A stretch of DNA of 49,783 bases, from the NCBI GenBank assembly GCA_027604505.1, contig JADIIX010000071.1, positions 62,001 to 111,783 of the forward strand, read 5' to 3'. Positions 49,652 through 49,783 of this stretch are shown here, in pieces (within the stretch, counting starts at the first letter, position 1; the number at the start of each line of letters is the position of its first letter). A program made the translations under genes and the position numbers. The notes below the pieces were generated by a model, which saw only the letters and a list, made by a program, of their open reading frames with translations, was not told the origin of the DNA and did no database searches. The DNA is from Gonapodya sp. JEL0774. Lineage: Eukaryota.

Positions 49652-49783
49652 ACTGCACTGGAGAGTATGCGCTGGCGCATCTCTCTGGTACGTAATTGTA
49701 CGTAGCAATAGGGCATGTGCGCTACAAGTAAATTACGGGTAAAACATTACGGGTGCAATATTTTGTATGACTTACTCGTAAAA

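Overview
Intron-rich eukaryotic DNA, most likely from a zoosporic (flagellated) early-diverging fungus. This is an inference from fungal Zn2Cys6 factors occurring with the axonemal dynein assembly factor DNAAF1 and short GT-AG introns. About 16 protein genes can be reconstructed by hand splicing: a 5'-truncated SBP2/SECISBP2-like selenocysteine-insertion factor whose L7Ae domain runs in frame into ankyrin repeats; two tandem Zn2Cys6 paralogues sharing an 11-nt micro-exon; a C2H2 zinc-finger factor; carnitine acetyltransferase; COX18; a TM-Cache-TM-HAMP receptor with no output domain; BLOC1S1; DNAAF1; IPI1; a GT-A-like type II membrane protein; an allantoate-permease-family MFS transporter; UNC-45/She4; phytanoyl-CoA dioxygenase; and two mucin-like TM-SH3 paralogues. 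The main leads are the SBP2-ankyrin fusion, the output-less Cache-HAMP receptor, and long introns with G-rich 5' ends and complementary C-rich 3' ends. A ~2.7-kb degenerate island bounded by a 20-bp direct repeat and a CpG-depleted relic are also flagged. All family calls come from remembered motifs, not database searches. Gene ends are approximate where stated.
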